Assembly (NCBI GenBank): GCA_965222115.1
Contig: CBDCTJ010000005.1
Span: 32,001 to 96,000 of the forward strand
Direction of reading: 5' to 3'
DNA: 64,000 bases
Source: Planctomycetota bacterium
Lineage (GTDB): Bacteria; Planctomycetota; PLA2; JAEUHO01
The position numbers and the translations under genes are program-made. The notes under the pieces were generated by a model. It saw nothing but the letters and a program-made list of their open reading frames with translations. It had not been told where the DNA came from and did not search any database. This document shows positions 19,037-28,293 of the stretch, one piece after another (position 1 is the stretch's first letter; every line of letters begins with the position of its first letter).

Positions 19037-20431
19037 TCAAACGCGCGGCGCATCCACCCAACAATTGTCAAGCAACCGAATCGTACCGACCGGCCACGCC
19101 GCAATAGCGAGCGCGGGTCCGTCGCCGAGTTGTTCCAACGGCTGCATCGAATCGGGATCGACGATCGAAAGGTAGTCCGGCGTGCCGCCCACCGCTTTGA
19201 GCGCGCTTCGAGCGTGTGCGCAGAGTTTGCTCAGCTCGCCTCCGCCACTCTTTGCAACCGCGAATGCGAGGCGCTCCAGCGTGCGCGGGAGGTGACGTGC
19301 AATTGTTCGCTGTTCTTCGCTCAGGAAGCGATTGCGCGAAGAGCGTGCCAGCCCGTCCACGTCACGGACGATCAAACAGGGCACGACTTGCCCGGGAAGA
19401 TCCAAATCTCGCGCCATGCGTTCAATGATGGCCAATTGCTGCGCGTCTTTACGAGAGAAATACGCGCGGTCGGGTCGCGTGCGCATCCACAGTTTGAGAA
19501 CCACGGTGGCCACGCCGCGAAAGTGTCCCGGTCGAGTTGCACCTTCATAGGACTCCGTGAGGACGGAAGGCACGACATGAGTTGAAAAGTCGTTGTCGTA
19601 GAGATCCTCGGGCGTGGGCACGTAAACCGCACTGGCCCCAGCACGGCGCAACACGTCGCAGTCGGCGTCAAATGTTCGTGGATACCGGTCCAGATCGCCC
19701 GCGTCGTCGAACTGCAACGGATTGACGAAAATCGTGGCCAGCGCGTGATCATTCTCGGCAGCAGCACGTCGAACAAGGGTCGCGTGTCCCTCGTGCAATG
19801 CGCCCATCGTTGGAACCACGCCCACGGTGCCGTCCACACGATCGCGCCACGCCGCAAGTTGCTCACGATTCGCCAATACCGTGCAGTCGCCTTCGCGGGA
19901 GGGAATCGAGAGCTCCCCTTCAACCACGCCTTGGCCGCGCATCCGTGATTGCCGCCAACGCGCTACGTGCGACACAACGGGCAGCGTGCCAACCGGCGAA
20001 GGCACCATCGCAAGCGGAGCGATTTCGCTCCACGGAATCAATACGAATCCACGCGTTGTCGCGCGCGGATGAGGAAGTGTCAACGTGGGATCGTTGCTCG
20101 TTTCAGTACCGTAGGTGAGCAAATCGAGATCAACGGCACGCGTCGCGCGGCCGTCTCGCTTGCGTCCCAACGTGCGCTCAATCGACTGCATGCGATCCAA
20201 GAGAGCGCGCGCCGACAACGTTGTTTGCACGTCGGCCACCGTATTGAGTACTGCGGGCTCGGATTCGACGACCGCACCGTCCTTGCCCACGTAGGGTGTT
20301 TTCCTCGTCCGAGCAATACTCGCGAAACGGATTTCTGGGCAGTCTAGCGCATCGACTGCGGCCTGCAGCTGACGCGCAGGTTCCGCCTCGTTCGCGCCCA
20401 GACCAATGAATGCTCGTGTTCGCGTAATCAC
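19037..20431 (-). CDS. panC: Fused HPPK (FolK) - pantoate-beta-alanine ligase (PanC)
   Basis: FolK 'AFIGLGAN', 'RAVDLDLL', 'LTLPHPR', 'FVLIP'; PanC 'VPTMGALHEGH', 'IFVNPLQF', 'RPGHF', 'DGLARSSRN', 'RLLDN'; start (GTG 20431) uncertain. Confidence 0.9.
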   Translation of the reverse strand: MITRTRAFIGLGANEAEPARQLQAAVDALDCPEIRFASIARTRKTPYVGKDGAVVESEPAVLNTVADVQTTLSARALLDRMQSIERTLGRKRDGRATRAVDLDLLTYGTETSNDPTLTLPHPRATTRGFVLIPWSEIAPLAMVPSPVGTLPVVSHVARWRQSRMRGQGVVEGELSIPSREGDCTVLANREQLAAWRDRVDGTVGVVPTMGALHEGHATLVRRAAAENDHALATIFVNPLQFDDAGDLDRYPRTFDADCDVLRRAGASAVYVPTPEDLYDNDFSTHVVPSVLTESYEGATRPGHFRGVATVVLKLWMRTRPDRAYFSRKDAQQLAIIERMARDLDLPGQVVPCLIVRDVDGLARSSRNRFLSEEQRTIARHLPRTLERLAFAVAKSGGGELSKLCAHARSALKAVGGTPDYLSIVDPDSMQPLEQLGDGPALAIAAWPVGTIRLLDNCWVDAPRV

Positions 20432-20438
20432 GGCGGGG

Positions 20439-21344
20439 CTACGCACCCGTCGCCCGATTGGCAACGTCGTCGGGCAGCGGTTCTTCGTCACCCTGTTCAT
20501 CCACGACCCACGACGGTCCACCCACCACGCGATTCAGCAACCAAAGCACGGGGCCCGACAGTGCATACAACACAAACGCACTGGCCACAGTTTCCTCGAA
20601 AAACGAAACCATCAACAACACCAAGAGCGCGAGCAGCACAATGGTGGTCATCGGCTTCACGCCCTCGAGGTGGCGATTGATCAAATGCGAGTAGGGCATG
20701 CGGCTGACCATGAGGAAGCCAAGCAACGGCAACAGCGGAATCAACAACCACGTCACGTGATAAAACTGGTGTTGGGAATGCAACAGAATGAGCGAAGCCA
20801 GTACACCGGCTGCCGCGGGCGACGGGATCCCCCGAAAGATCTTGGTGACGTAGCTCGGACGGTCGGTAGTCGTACGCGCCGATTCGACGTTGTAGCGCGC
20901 GAGACGCAGACACGCCCCAATCACATAGGCGGCGCAGAGAGCAAACAACAAGCGCGGATGCAGCCACGAAAACTGATCCAACAACGCCGTCTTGGCGAGC
21001 AACGCAGGCGCCACACCGAAGGTCACAATGTCGGCCAAGCTATCAATCTGCGCACCGAAAGGCGTTGCGGTACCGGTCAACCGAGCAATACGGCCATCCA
21101 ACGCGTCACAGACCATGCCGGCAAACAGAAGCCAGCTCGCGCGCTCCATGAATTGCAGCGACTTCTCAGGCGCGGCGGCGGCATCTTGCAAGTAGGAAAT
21201 GGCCAGCACGCCGGCAATCAAATTGCCCAAGGTCACCATCGTGGGCAGGACCTGAATCTTCGTCAGGGCCTGACGATCCGGAGGCGATTGTTCACCAGTA
21301 GCCAAGGGACGTAATCGACGCATCGCATCATCGTAGCCCGGCAC
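20439..21344 (-). CDS. pssA: CDP-diacylglycerol--serine O-phosphatidyltransferase
   Basis: 'DALDGRIAR...FGAQIDSLADIVTFGVAP', 'LRLARYN', 'FRGIPSPAAA'. Confidence 0.9.
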   Translation of the reverse strand: MPGYDDAMRRLRPLATGEQSPPDRQALTKIQVLPTMVTLGNLIAGVLAISYLQDAAAAPEKSLQFMERASWLLFAGMVCDALDGRIARLTGTATPFGAQIDSLADIVTFGVAPALLAKTALLDQFSWLHPRLLFALCAAYVIGACLRLARYNVESARTTTDRPSYVTKIFRGIPSPAAAGVLASLILLHSQHQFYHVTWLLIPLLPLLGFLMVSRMPYSHLINRHLEGVKPMTTIVLLALLVLLMVSFFEETVASAFVLYALSGPVLWLLNRVVGGPSWVVDEQGDEEPLPDDVANRATGA

Positions 21345-21480
21345 GGACGACGACTCGCGTTAGGCCCGGACTCGATGGGGATGCGGTGTGGACTTCGTCC
21401 CTTGGTGTTCGGACTGTCGCATGTCGATAGGATTCTGACAGGCCGCCAGCTAAGCGGCGTTCGTACAAAGGAGGGCACCC

Positions 21481-22800
21481 ATGCCCGGCACCAAAACCCA
21501 GATCGCATCCGTGGAAGCATGGGAAGTCCTCGACTCACGGGCCACGCCCACGGTGGAGGTGGAAATCACGTTGGTCGAGGGAGTGACCGGTCGCGCGCTG
21601 GTTCCTTCGGGCGCGAGCACCGGAGAACACGAGGCGCGTGAATTGCGCGACGGCGATCGTCGATTTGCGGGTCGTGGCGTACTTCAGGCCGTGGCCAATG
21701 TGAATGACACGCTGGCGCCTGCGGTGATCGGCATGGACGCCGCCGACCTCTGGTCGCTCGATAGCGCCATGCGCACCATCGATGGAACCAAAGCACTGGG
21801 TAAGCTCGGCGCCAACGCCGTGTTGGGCGTATCGCTGGCCGCGTCCCGCGCCGCGGCACACGCCTTGCGAATGCCGCTCTATCAACACATCGCCACGCTT
21901 GCGGATCTCGGCGCGCCGCGTATGCCGATTCCTATGTTCAATGTGCTCAATGGCGGGGCCCACGCCAACAACGGGTTGCAGTGCCAAGAAATCATGATCG
22001 CACCTGCTGGCCTTGAGTCACTCGCCGAAGCGGTGCGCGCGGGCGCCGAGATTTATTGTGCGTTGCGCGATCGACTCAGCAGCAAAAATCTGTCTACTGC
22101 GGTTGGCGATGAAGGCGGCTTTGCACCACATGTGGACGGTACGCTGGATGCGATCTCCCATGTGGCCGAAGCCGTCTCCGTCGCGGGCTATGAGTTGGGC
22201 AAAGACGTCTTGCTTGCACTCGATGTGGCCGCGTCTGAGTTTCATCGATCCAGTGCCGCGGGACGGGGCTATGAATTCGAAGGGGCGTTGCGCACGGCCG
22301 AAGAAATGTGTGATATCTACGCCACCTGGGTTGATGCCTACCCCATCTACAGCATCGAGGATGGACTCGACGAGAACGACTGGGACGGCTGGGAACACCT
22401 TACGAAACGCTTCGGCGACAAGATTCAGCTTGTGGGTGACGATCTATTCGTAACGAACACCGAACGACTCCTGCGCGGAGTGCAAGAGGGATGCGCCAAT
22501 GCGGTGCTAATCAAACCCAATCAGATTGGCACCCTGGCTGACACGATTGGCTGCGTTGCGCGAGCCTACGAAGGTGGGTTTGCTGCGGTGATGAGTCATC
22601 GTTCGGGCGAAACCGAAGATACGACCATAGCGGATCTCGCGGTGGGACTGGCTACCGGTCAGATCAAGACCGGTGCTCCCTGTCGAGGCGAACGAACGGC
22701 GAAGTACAATCGACTGTTGCGTATTGAACGCGATTTGACAGCGCGCAATGGAACGCCTCCCGAGTACGGTCTACGTCCGCTGGAGGCCACGAACGCCTGA
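21481..22800 (+). CDS. eno: Enolase
   Basis: 'VPSGASTGEHEA', 'VGDEGGFAP', 'VGDDLFVTN', 'SHRSGET', 'QIKTG'; AAGGAGG RBS. Confidence 0.98.
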   Translation: MPGTKTQIASVEAWEVLDSRATPTVEVEITLVEGVTGRALVPSGASTGEHEARELRDGDRRFAGRGVLQAVANVNDTLAPAVIGMDAADLWSLDSAMRTIDGTKALGKLGANAVLGVSLAASRAAAHALRMPLYQHIATLADLGAPRMPIPMFNVLNGGAHANNGLQCQEIMIAPAGLESLAEAVRAGAEIYCALRDRLSSKNLSTAVGDEGGFAPHVDGTLDAISHVAEAVSVAGYELGKDVLLALDVAASEFHRSSAAGRGYEFEGALRTAEEMCDIYATWVDAYPIYSIEDGLDENDWDGWEHLTKRFGDKIQLVGDDLFVTNTERLLRGVQEGCANAVLIKPNQIGTLADTIGCVARAYEGGFAAVMSHRSGETEDTTIADLAVGLATGQIKTGAPCRGERTAKYNRLLRIERDLTARNGTPPEYGLRPLEATNA

Positions 22801-22841
22801 GAGTCGTCGCCCGCGCGAAAGGAAACGAGTAGCAAATCACC

Positions 22842-23267
22842 ATGGCGTTGCCGTCCTCACGTTCCGCTAACCGCCGCCGGGTGATTCGTCCATCCGCAAA
22901 GCCCACACGACGTCCTCTGCCCACCGCCGTTGTGCTGATAGCCGTCGTCGGCCTGATGGTGCTCTGCCTGTGCACCATTCCGGCCGTGTTGCGACAGCAG
23001 CGGCTCGCCCGCGCGCATGAACGTTTGCTTGAGGACACGCGCAAGGCCGAGTCCACCGTCACCGCACTCCACCGGCGATACGGCGAACTTACGCGCAGCG
23101 ACTACCTCCTGCGTCGCTCCCGCCGCCATCTGCTCTTCCAAGGCACCACCTACATTGCCCGGCGCAACAAGGTCTTGAGTGCAGAGCAAGCATGGATTCG
23201 ACGCACCCGCCGCTCTATCGATGCTCGCGATCCCCGCGGCCCGCGATCCCAAACGAAACGTAAGTAG
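22842..23267 (+). CDS. FtsB/DivIC-like single-TM coiled-coil protein
   Basis: Directly after eno; TM + coiled coil + 'LTRSDYLLRRSRRHLL'. Confidence 0.5.
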   Translation: MALPSSRSANRRRVIRPSAKPTRRPLPTAVVLIAVVGLMVLCLCTIPAVLRQQRLARAHERLLEDTRKAESTVTALHRRYGELTRSDYLLRRSRRHLLFQGTTYIARRNKVLSAEQAWIRRTRRSIDARDPRGPRSQTKRK

Positions 23268-23312
23268 GTCCAACTCACACCGCTGGCCACGTTTTGTGCA
23301 ACACTAGCGCGT

Positions 23313-25703
23313 ATGCCATCGCGTGCCGCCAACGCCAGCCGCTCGTTTCGACGCGCGCTCCTGCTTACGCTCTGTATAGCGCCCTGCGTGTGGGCGGGTG
23401 CCGACGATGCGCCGCGTGTGGCGCCGCAGAAAAACTTCTCCACGATCTTCAGTGAGGTCGAGTGGGTGAGCCGGGCCTTTGAGCGTGCCCGTGCCGCGGC
23501 CAAAGACGAAAACTGGACTTCGGCCGTGCGGCTGCTGCAAGGCGTAGTGGATGCGCGCACGCGTGCAAACGAGCCATCGAACGAGCCTTCGAAGGACAAG
23601 GCGCTGGATGAACAATCCGCGCCCTACGTTGTTCCTGTACACGGCACAACTGTCTTTGAAGGCGCTTGGATTGTTGCGCATCACCAGCGCGCGCGTTGGG
23701 GTAAGCCTGCGATTGATGCGTGCGTGGTTGAGTATGGCCATATCGCCAAAGAGCAATTCGAACGCGCGTTACGGCTCGATGACGACAAGCTGCTGGCCGA
23801 TGTTGCGCTTCGGTTCTTGCCAATGCCCGTGGGTCGTCGCGCCGCGCTGCACTTGGCCGACCGTGCGATCGAGCAAGGTCGTCGCGATGAAGCCTTGGAG
23901 TGGGTTGAACTCCTCGCCGATTTGGAGGCCGTGAGTACGGAGCCTGCGGAATCCATGGCGCCCTACGCGAACGCACGCCTGCTACGCCATGCCGACGCGT
24001 TAGCGGCAACGGCGGGGGATCGCACACGAGTATTGAAGGTTCTTGAAGCTCGTGCCGAAGCGGCGAGTGCGCCCGAAGGCCCGTTCGCGCCATTTCCAAA
24101 CGGTTCCATCGCGGGTGAAACGCCGGTAACGACGTGGTTGACCACGGGTGGCAGCGAAACACGTGCATCACGCGCCGCCAAACGACCGGCGAAACTGACC
24201 CTCAAGTGGTATCACCATCCCGGCAGTGGCTTGGGTCCCGTGGATCGCGTGGAGCCCCGTGATGATGGTTTGAGTGCGCCCAGTACGTGGTTGCCGCCGC
24301 GAGCCATTTGTTTAGACAACCGCGCACTTGTGTCGGACGGCGAAAACGTCACGGTATACGACTTGGACAGCGGCCGCGCCCTCGAACGCGTCACGTTCAA
24401 GTATGCGCGTTCGCTCGAAACCGATACCGACGAAGACCGACGCGAACGATTCGGCTACTTGGAAGGTCACTGCCTCACCGTCACACCGATGCCGGTTACC
24501 ATGCGCTCAACCCCAGATGCAAGGGAGTGGCTCGTATTGGCGGCCGTGCCCGATGGACGCGTATGGCACGTGGGCGAACGCGCCAAGCTTGAAGAACGTC
24601 GCGAGGACCATATTGAAGCATATCGCTTTGACGGCAAGTCCTTGTCGTTTCTTTGGTCGGCGGGAAACACTTCCGCCTCGCCAGGCGCCATCAAGAACAC
24701 GGGGTCTTCCGGACGTCCAATTCCGGGACGCGATCGACCTGCAGAGAACAAGCATCCGGACATTCGTATGTACGGCGCGCCGATTCTCTATCGCGGCCGG
24801 GTATGGGTGGCGGGTACGCGACCCGCGCTCGGCAATACCGACCAACTCGAGTCGTGGCTGTATGCACTCAATCGGGGAACCGGTAAGATCGAGTTAAAGA
24901 CACACTTGGGCACCGGCACACCCATGCGTGCCGGTCGCCACGACGAAGTGATCCCCACGTCACCTGCCGCACGCCACGGACGCGTTGTGGTGGGTACCGC
25001 GATTGGTGTATTGGCCGCGGTCAGTGCGCGCGATGGACGCGTCCTCTGGGCCTATCGCTACCCCCGCAATGTGGCAGGAGACCGCGCGCGTCGAATCATT
25101 GGTTCCGAGTCCGAGCGCGGCAGCCGCACGTCGAGTTTTCATAACGAACCTCCATTGCTCACGGCAGATCTTTGCATTGCCACCCCCACCGACGGGCGTC
25201 ATGTGTTGGTGACCACAAACCGACCCATCGGTCGCGAACGAATGCTCCGGTGCCACGAAATCGAACGCCACGAACGCTTCGGTCCCCACGCCGCGGAATA
25301 TATCGCGGGCGCCTACCGCCACCCGAAGGACGGCGCGTGGCGCATGGTCGTCGTTGGCATTGGCGGCGACACCGAACCGCCTGGACCCATGGTGCTTTCA
25401 GTCGATCCCTTGACCGAAGAACGCTATTGGTACGAGCCGTCCCCCACCGGCCGCGGTTCACTGCCCTTCGGTCGTGGTTTCGTCGGTGAACAACACGCCT
25501 ATATACCCACGCGTTACGGCATCGCCGTCTACGGCCTTGAAGACGGCAACGTCGCCGCTCTCCTTGACCGCAGCGCCATTCCCAAAGACATGCGCGACCG
25601 CGCACCCCGCATCCCCTACGGCAACCTGATACCAACCAAAAACGGCGGCGTGCTCTCTGTGAGCGCAACGACCGTGGCGTATTGGGCGCCGGCGGACGAC
25701 TAA
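23313..25703 (+). CDS. Exported helical + PQQ-like beta-propeller repeat protein
   Basis: Signal peptide; 'VYDLDSGR', 'ALNRGTGK', 'AVSARDGRVLW' repeats. Confidence 0.75.
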   Translation: MPSRAANASRSFRRALLLTLCIAPCVWAGADDAPRVAPQKNFSTIFSEVEWVSRAFERARAAAKDENWTSAVRLLQGVVDARTRANEPSNEPSKDKALDEQSAPYVVPVHGTTVFEGAWIVAHHQRARWGKPAIDACVVEYGHIAKEQFERALRLDDDKLLADVALRFLPMPVGRRAALHLADRAIEQGRRDEALEWVELLADLEAVSTEPAESMAPYANARLLRHADALAATAGDRTRVLKVLEARAEAASAPEGPFAPFPNGSIAGETPVTTWLTTGGSETRASRAAKRPAKLTLKWYHHPGSGLGPVDRVEPRDDGLSAPSTWLPPRAICLDNRALVSDGENVTVYDLDSGRALERVTFKYARSLETDTDEDRRERFGYLEGHCLTVTPMPVTMRSTPDAREWLVLAAVPDGRVWHVGERAKLEERREDHIEAYRFDGKSLSFLWSAGNTSASPGAIKNTGSSGRPIPGRDRPAENKHPDIRMYGAPILYRGRVWVAGTRPALGNTDQLESWLYALNRGTGKIELKTHLGTGTPMRAGRHDEVIPTSPAARHGRVVVGTAIGVLAAVSARDGRVLWAYRYPRNVAGDRARRIIGSESERGSRTSSFHNEPPLLTADLCIATPTDGRHVLVTTNRPIGRERMLRCHEIERHERFGPHAAEYIAGAYRHPKDGAWRMVVVGIGGDTEPPGPMVLSVDPLTEERYWYEPSPTGRGSLPFGRGFVGEQHAYIPTRYGIAVYGLEDGNVAALLDRSAIPKDMRDRAPRIPYGNLIPTKNGGVLSVSATTVAYWAPADD

Positions 25704-25806
25704 GAGCCGTCGGGCGGGATCTGTTGTTTGCTCCCTCTCACTTCGGGCGTAGAGCGAGACGTAAGATTCCATAACTTGCACGGTGCGATCGATTCTAGCG
25801 TATCAA

Positions 25807-25824
25807 CTCTGTGCTCTCCGCGTG
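25807..25824. repeat. REP-like motif related to the 45237/55547 repeat
   Basis: Reverse complement is cacgcggagagcacagag; lies between convergent genes. Confidence 0.3.
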
Positions 25825-25913
25825 ACGCACTCCACCTCTTCTTCGTCAAGAAGGCAAAGGGTCAGAATATGACTACAAATTAAGATTCAGGTCGGGGGGT
25901 GCTGAGGAACAGA

Positions 25914-28193
25914 CTATTTTTTGGGTTCCGCGCGATACAAATGCAGCTCAAACTCCACACCCGGTTTGCTGCCGGCCACAAGCAGGCCGATCTTTGACTT
26001 CTCTTTGAGACGGAATCCGGCGGCGGGGAAGTGGTCACCTTTTTCGTCTTTGGCGATGAGCGGGCCTTTGTCCTTAAGACGAATACCCAAGTCAATGTCG
26101 TCGCCGGAGAGTGAAACCGCGACAGCCAAGTAGTTTCCTGGGGGTTGCTCGTCCGAGGTTCCACTCCAGCGCTTGTTTTCTTCCAACGTGCCCTTCGTTG
26201 AACCGGCTTGTTTGGCGGTGAACTTCCCATTCAAACTCCGCAACCACATGGTAATCACCCGCTCGCGCAAATCATTGGGCGTGATATCCACTTCGGTGCC
26301 GCGGTAGACATGGATTTCCAGATTGACGCCTTCGTCATCATCGGTTTCGGCGCGGATTTCAAGCGCCGCCTCGGGCACGAGTTTGACCACCGCCCAGCGA
26401 ATTACGTTGTCCCAGGCCTTCAACTCGATGGGTTGGCCCGCGGAAGACTGCACGACAGACGACGTAAACGGTCCGGCACGCTTGCCCATGACAATTACTA
26501 GATACACACCTTCCTTGTCGGGCTTCCATGACTTGTAGACCGATGGTTGGTCGCCGTCCGAGGACAATGCAAGTTCGCCGCGATGAACAACGTCCCATTT
26601 GACAGATTTTCGAAACTTGGATCGCTTTTCCACGCGCTCGGTAATGGTGCGCTGAACGGCCGCTGTAGAACGTTTGCGACGGCGCAGATAGCCCGAATCG
26701 AACAATTGCGATAGCCGCTTGCGCCACGCGGCGCCCCGCTTCTTCTGTTTCGTCGCGGCTGTCTTGTCGAGGAGTTCCTGTACGAGATCCACACGTTGCG
26801 CGAAGTTCACTCCAGCCGCACTCGGCTGGCGGTCGCCGCCTCGATGAATCATGTTGCCCGCATTGAGTACACCCACAACATGACCGCGCGCATTGAGAAT
26901 CGGACTGCCACTGCTTCCGCCCGTGGAGGGACAGTTGTGTTGAATGAGCAAGCGGTGTGCGTTGTCGGCGGTGGCTGACCCGAAATAGTCGGTGACGCTC
27001 GTGATGACGCCCACTTGCGTCTGAGGCGTGGGCTCCTTTAGCGGCGTGCCACCAAAGACCATGTTCTCCATGGGAAAGCCCACGTACCCTACGGGCGTCG
27101 CAGACCGAAGCGTTCGAATTTCCTCGGTTGAGGCGATGGTCAGCGGTGAGCCCAACGAAGCACTTGACGTGTCAACCGTAAGCAGGGCCACATCGCATCC
27201 CGATCCTGCCGCATGCACGCGTTTGTTGACCGTTGTATTCCACGACGACACCGGTTCGTACTCCCGCCACTCCTCTTCAAAGTCGGCATACCCCGGATGA
27301 ATCGTCGTCGCGGTGATCTCAAATGTGTTGTGATGCGTTTCGGTCGAACGCGCTAGCAACTTCGCCCCCTCGGGTCGCTTGGCATAGACCTCCGCGACGT
27401 GCGCATTGGTTGCGAGTGTCTTGGGCGCTACCACCCACGCCGTGCCGACGCCCGCTTCTCGCCCGTCTTCGCCTTGCATCAGCACCAAGTACACAGAGGG
27501 TCGCGCTTTCATCAACGCCGCGCGCAGCGCGGGTTCGCCGTCCTGCAATGCGCGCTCCAGTTTCTCCAGACGCTTGGGCACGAGCGCACTCACCGCTTCG
27601 GTCGTTGCGCGAACGGTCGTTAAGTCGCCGCGCACCGTGTGAAGCTCGTCCTTCATGCTGCGCACATCATCGAGCGCTTCCTTGGCAGCCGTCGTGGCGC
27701 TATCGACATCCTTCTTCGTATCACGAAGCAAAAAGTAGGTCCCCACAGCCGCGGCCGTGAGCAAAACGATCGATAGGAGCGCGGCGCGGTGACTCGATTT
27801 AGCCGCCTTGTGTGCTTCGTGGAGTTTGGTGGCCGAACTCACGCGATAGCCCTGCGCAATGGTCTTGTCGAGATCGGTGTTCTGCGTAGTCCGCACCAAG
27901 AGTTCGGGGCCCTCGGGACCGATTTGAATTCTGCACTCCGACGGAAGAAACGATCCGTCCTCTGCGGTGTGACCATCCACGAGTACCAAGTGTTCGGGGT
28001 GCAACACCAGTCGGTAGCGGCCCAGCTCGCGCTCCAGCGCAAAGTGCTCGCGGCCAACACTCGTTTCGTCCGGCGCGAAAACCACATCGCAAAGATCACG
28101 GTCGCGACCAAAGATCACACGTTTCTTCTCGTCGCCAATGCGATGCGGCGGTCGTTCGGTCTTGACCTTCAAGCGCGATATCGATAGTCCCAT
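25914..28193 (-). CDS. FHA - TM - coiled coil - trypsin-like serine protease with C-terminal PPC-like domain(s)
   Basis: FHA 'IFGRD...CDV...VGREH'; TM; triad 'ATNAHV', 'CDVALL', 'GGSSGSP'; 'DIDLGI' PPC-like. Confidence 0.85.
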   Translation of the reverse strand: MGLSISRLKVKTERPPHRIGDEKKRVIFGRDRDLCDVVFAPDETSVGREHFALERELGRYRLVLHPEHLVLVDGHTAEDGSFLPSECRIQIGPEGPELLVRTTQNTDLDKTIAQGYRVSSATKLHEAHKAAKSSHRAALLSIVLLTAAAVGTYFLLRDTKKDVDSATTAAKEALDDVRSMKDELHTVRGDLTTVRATTEAVSALVPKRLEKLERALQDGEPALRAALMKARPSVYLVLMQGEDGREAGVGTAWVVAPKTLATNAHVAEVYAKRPEGAKLLARSTETHHNTFEITATTIHPGYADFEEEWREYEPVSSWNTTVNKRVHAAGSGCDVALLTVDTSSASLGSPLTIASTEEIRTLRSATPVGYVGFPMENMVFGGTPLKEPTPQTQVGVITSVTDYFGSATADNAHRLLIQHNCPSTGGSSGSPILNARGHVVGVLNAGNMIHRGGDRQPSAAGVNFAQRVDLVQELLDKTAATKQKKRGAAWRKRLSQLFDSGYLRRRKRSTAAVQRTITERVEKRSKFRKSVKWDVVHRGELALSSDGDQPSVYKSWKPDKEGVYLVIVMGKRAGPFTSSVVQSSAGQPIELKAWDNVIRWAVVKLVPEAALEIRAETDDDEGVNLEIHVYRGTEVDITPNDLRERVITMWLRSLNGKFTAKQAGSTKGTLEENKRWSGTSDEQPPGNYLAVAVSLSGDDIDLGIRLKDKGPLIAKDEKGDHFPAAGFRLKEKSKIGLLVAGSKPGVEFELHLYRAEPKK

Positions 28194-28293
28194 GCGGCCT
28201 CCGTCGTTGACGGGCAAGCGTAATCAACCGGCGCCGCTCTGTATATCCCCTTCCGCCAACGAAAGGCCAAACAGGTGTGGCCTCAGCCGACAA

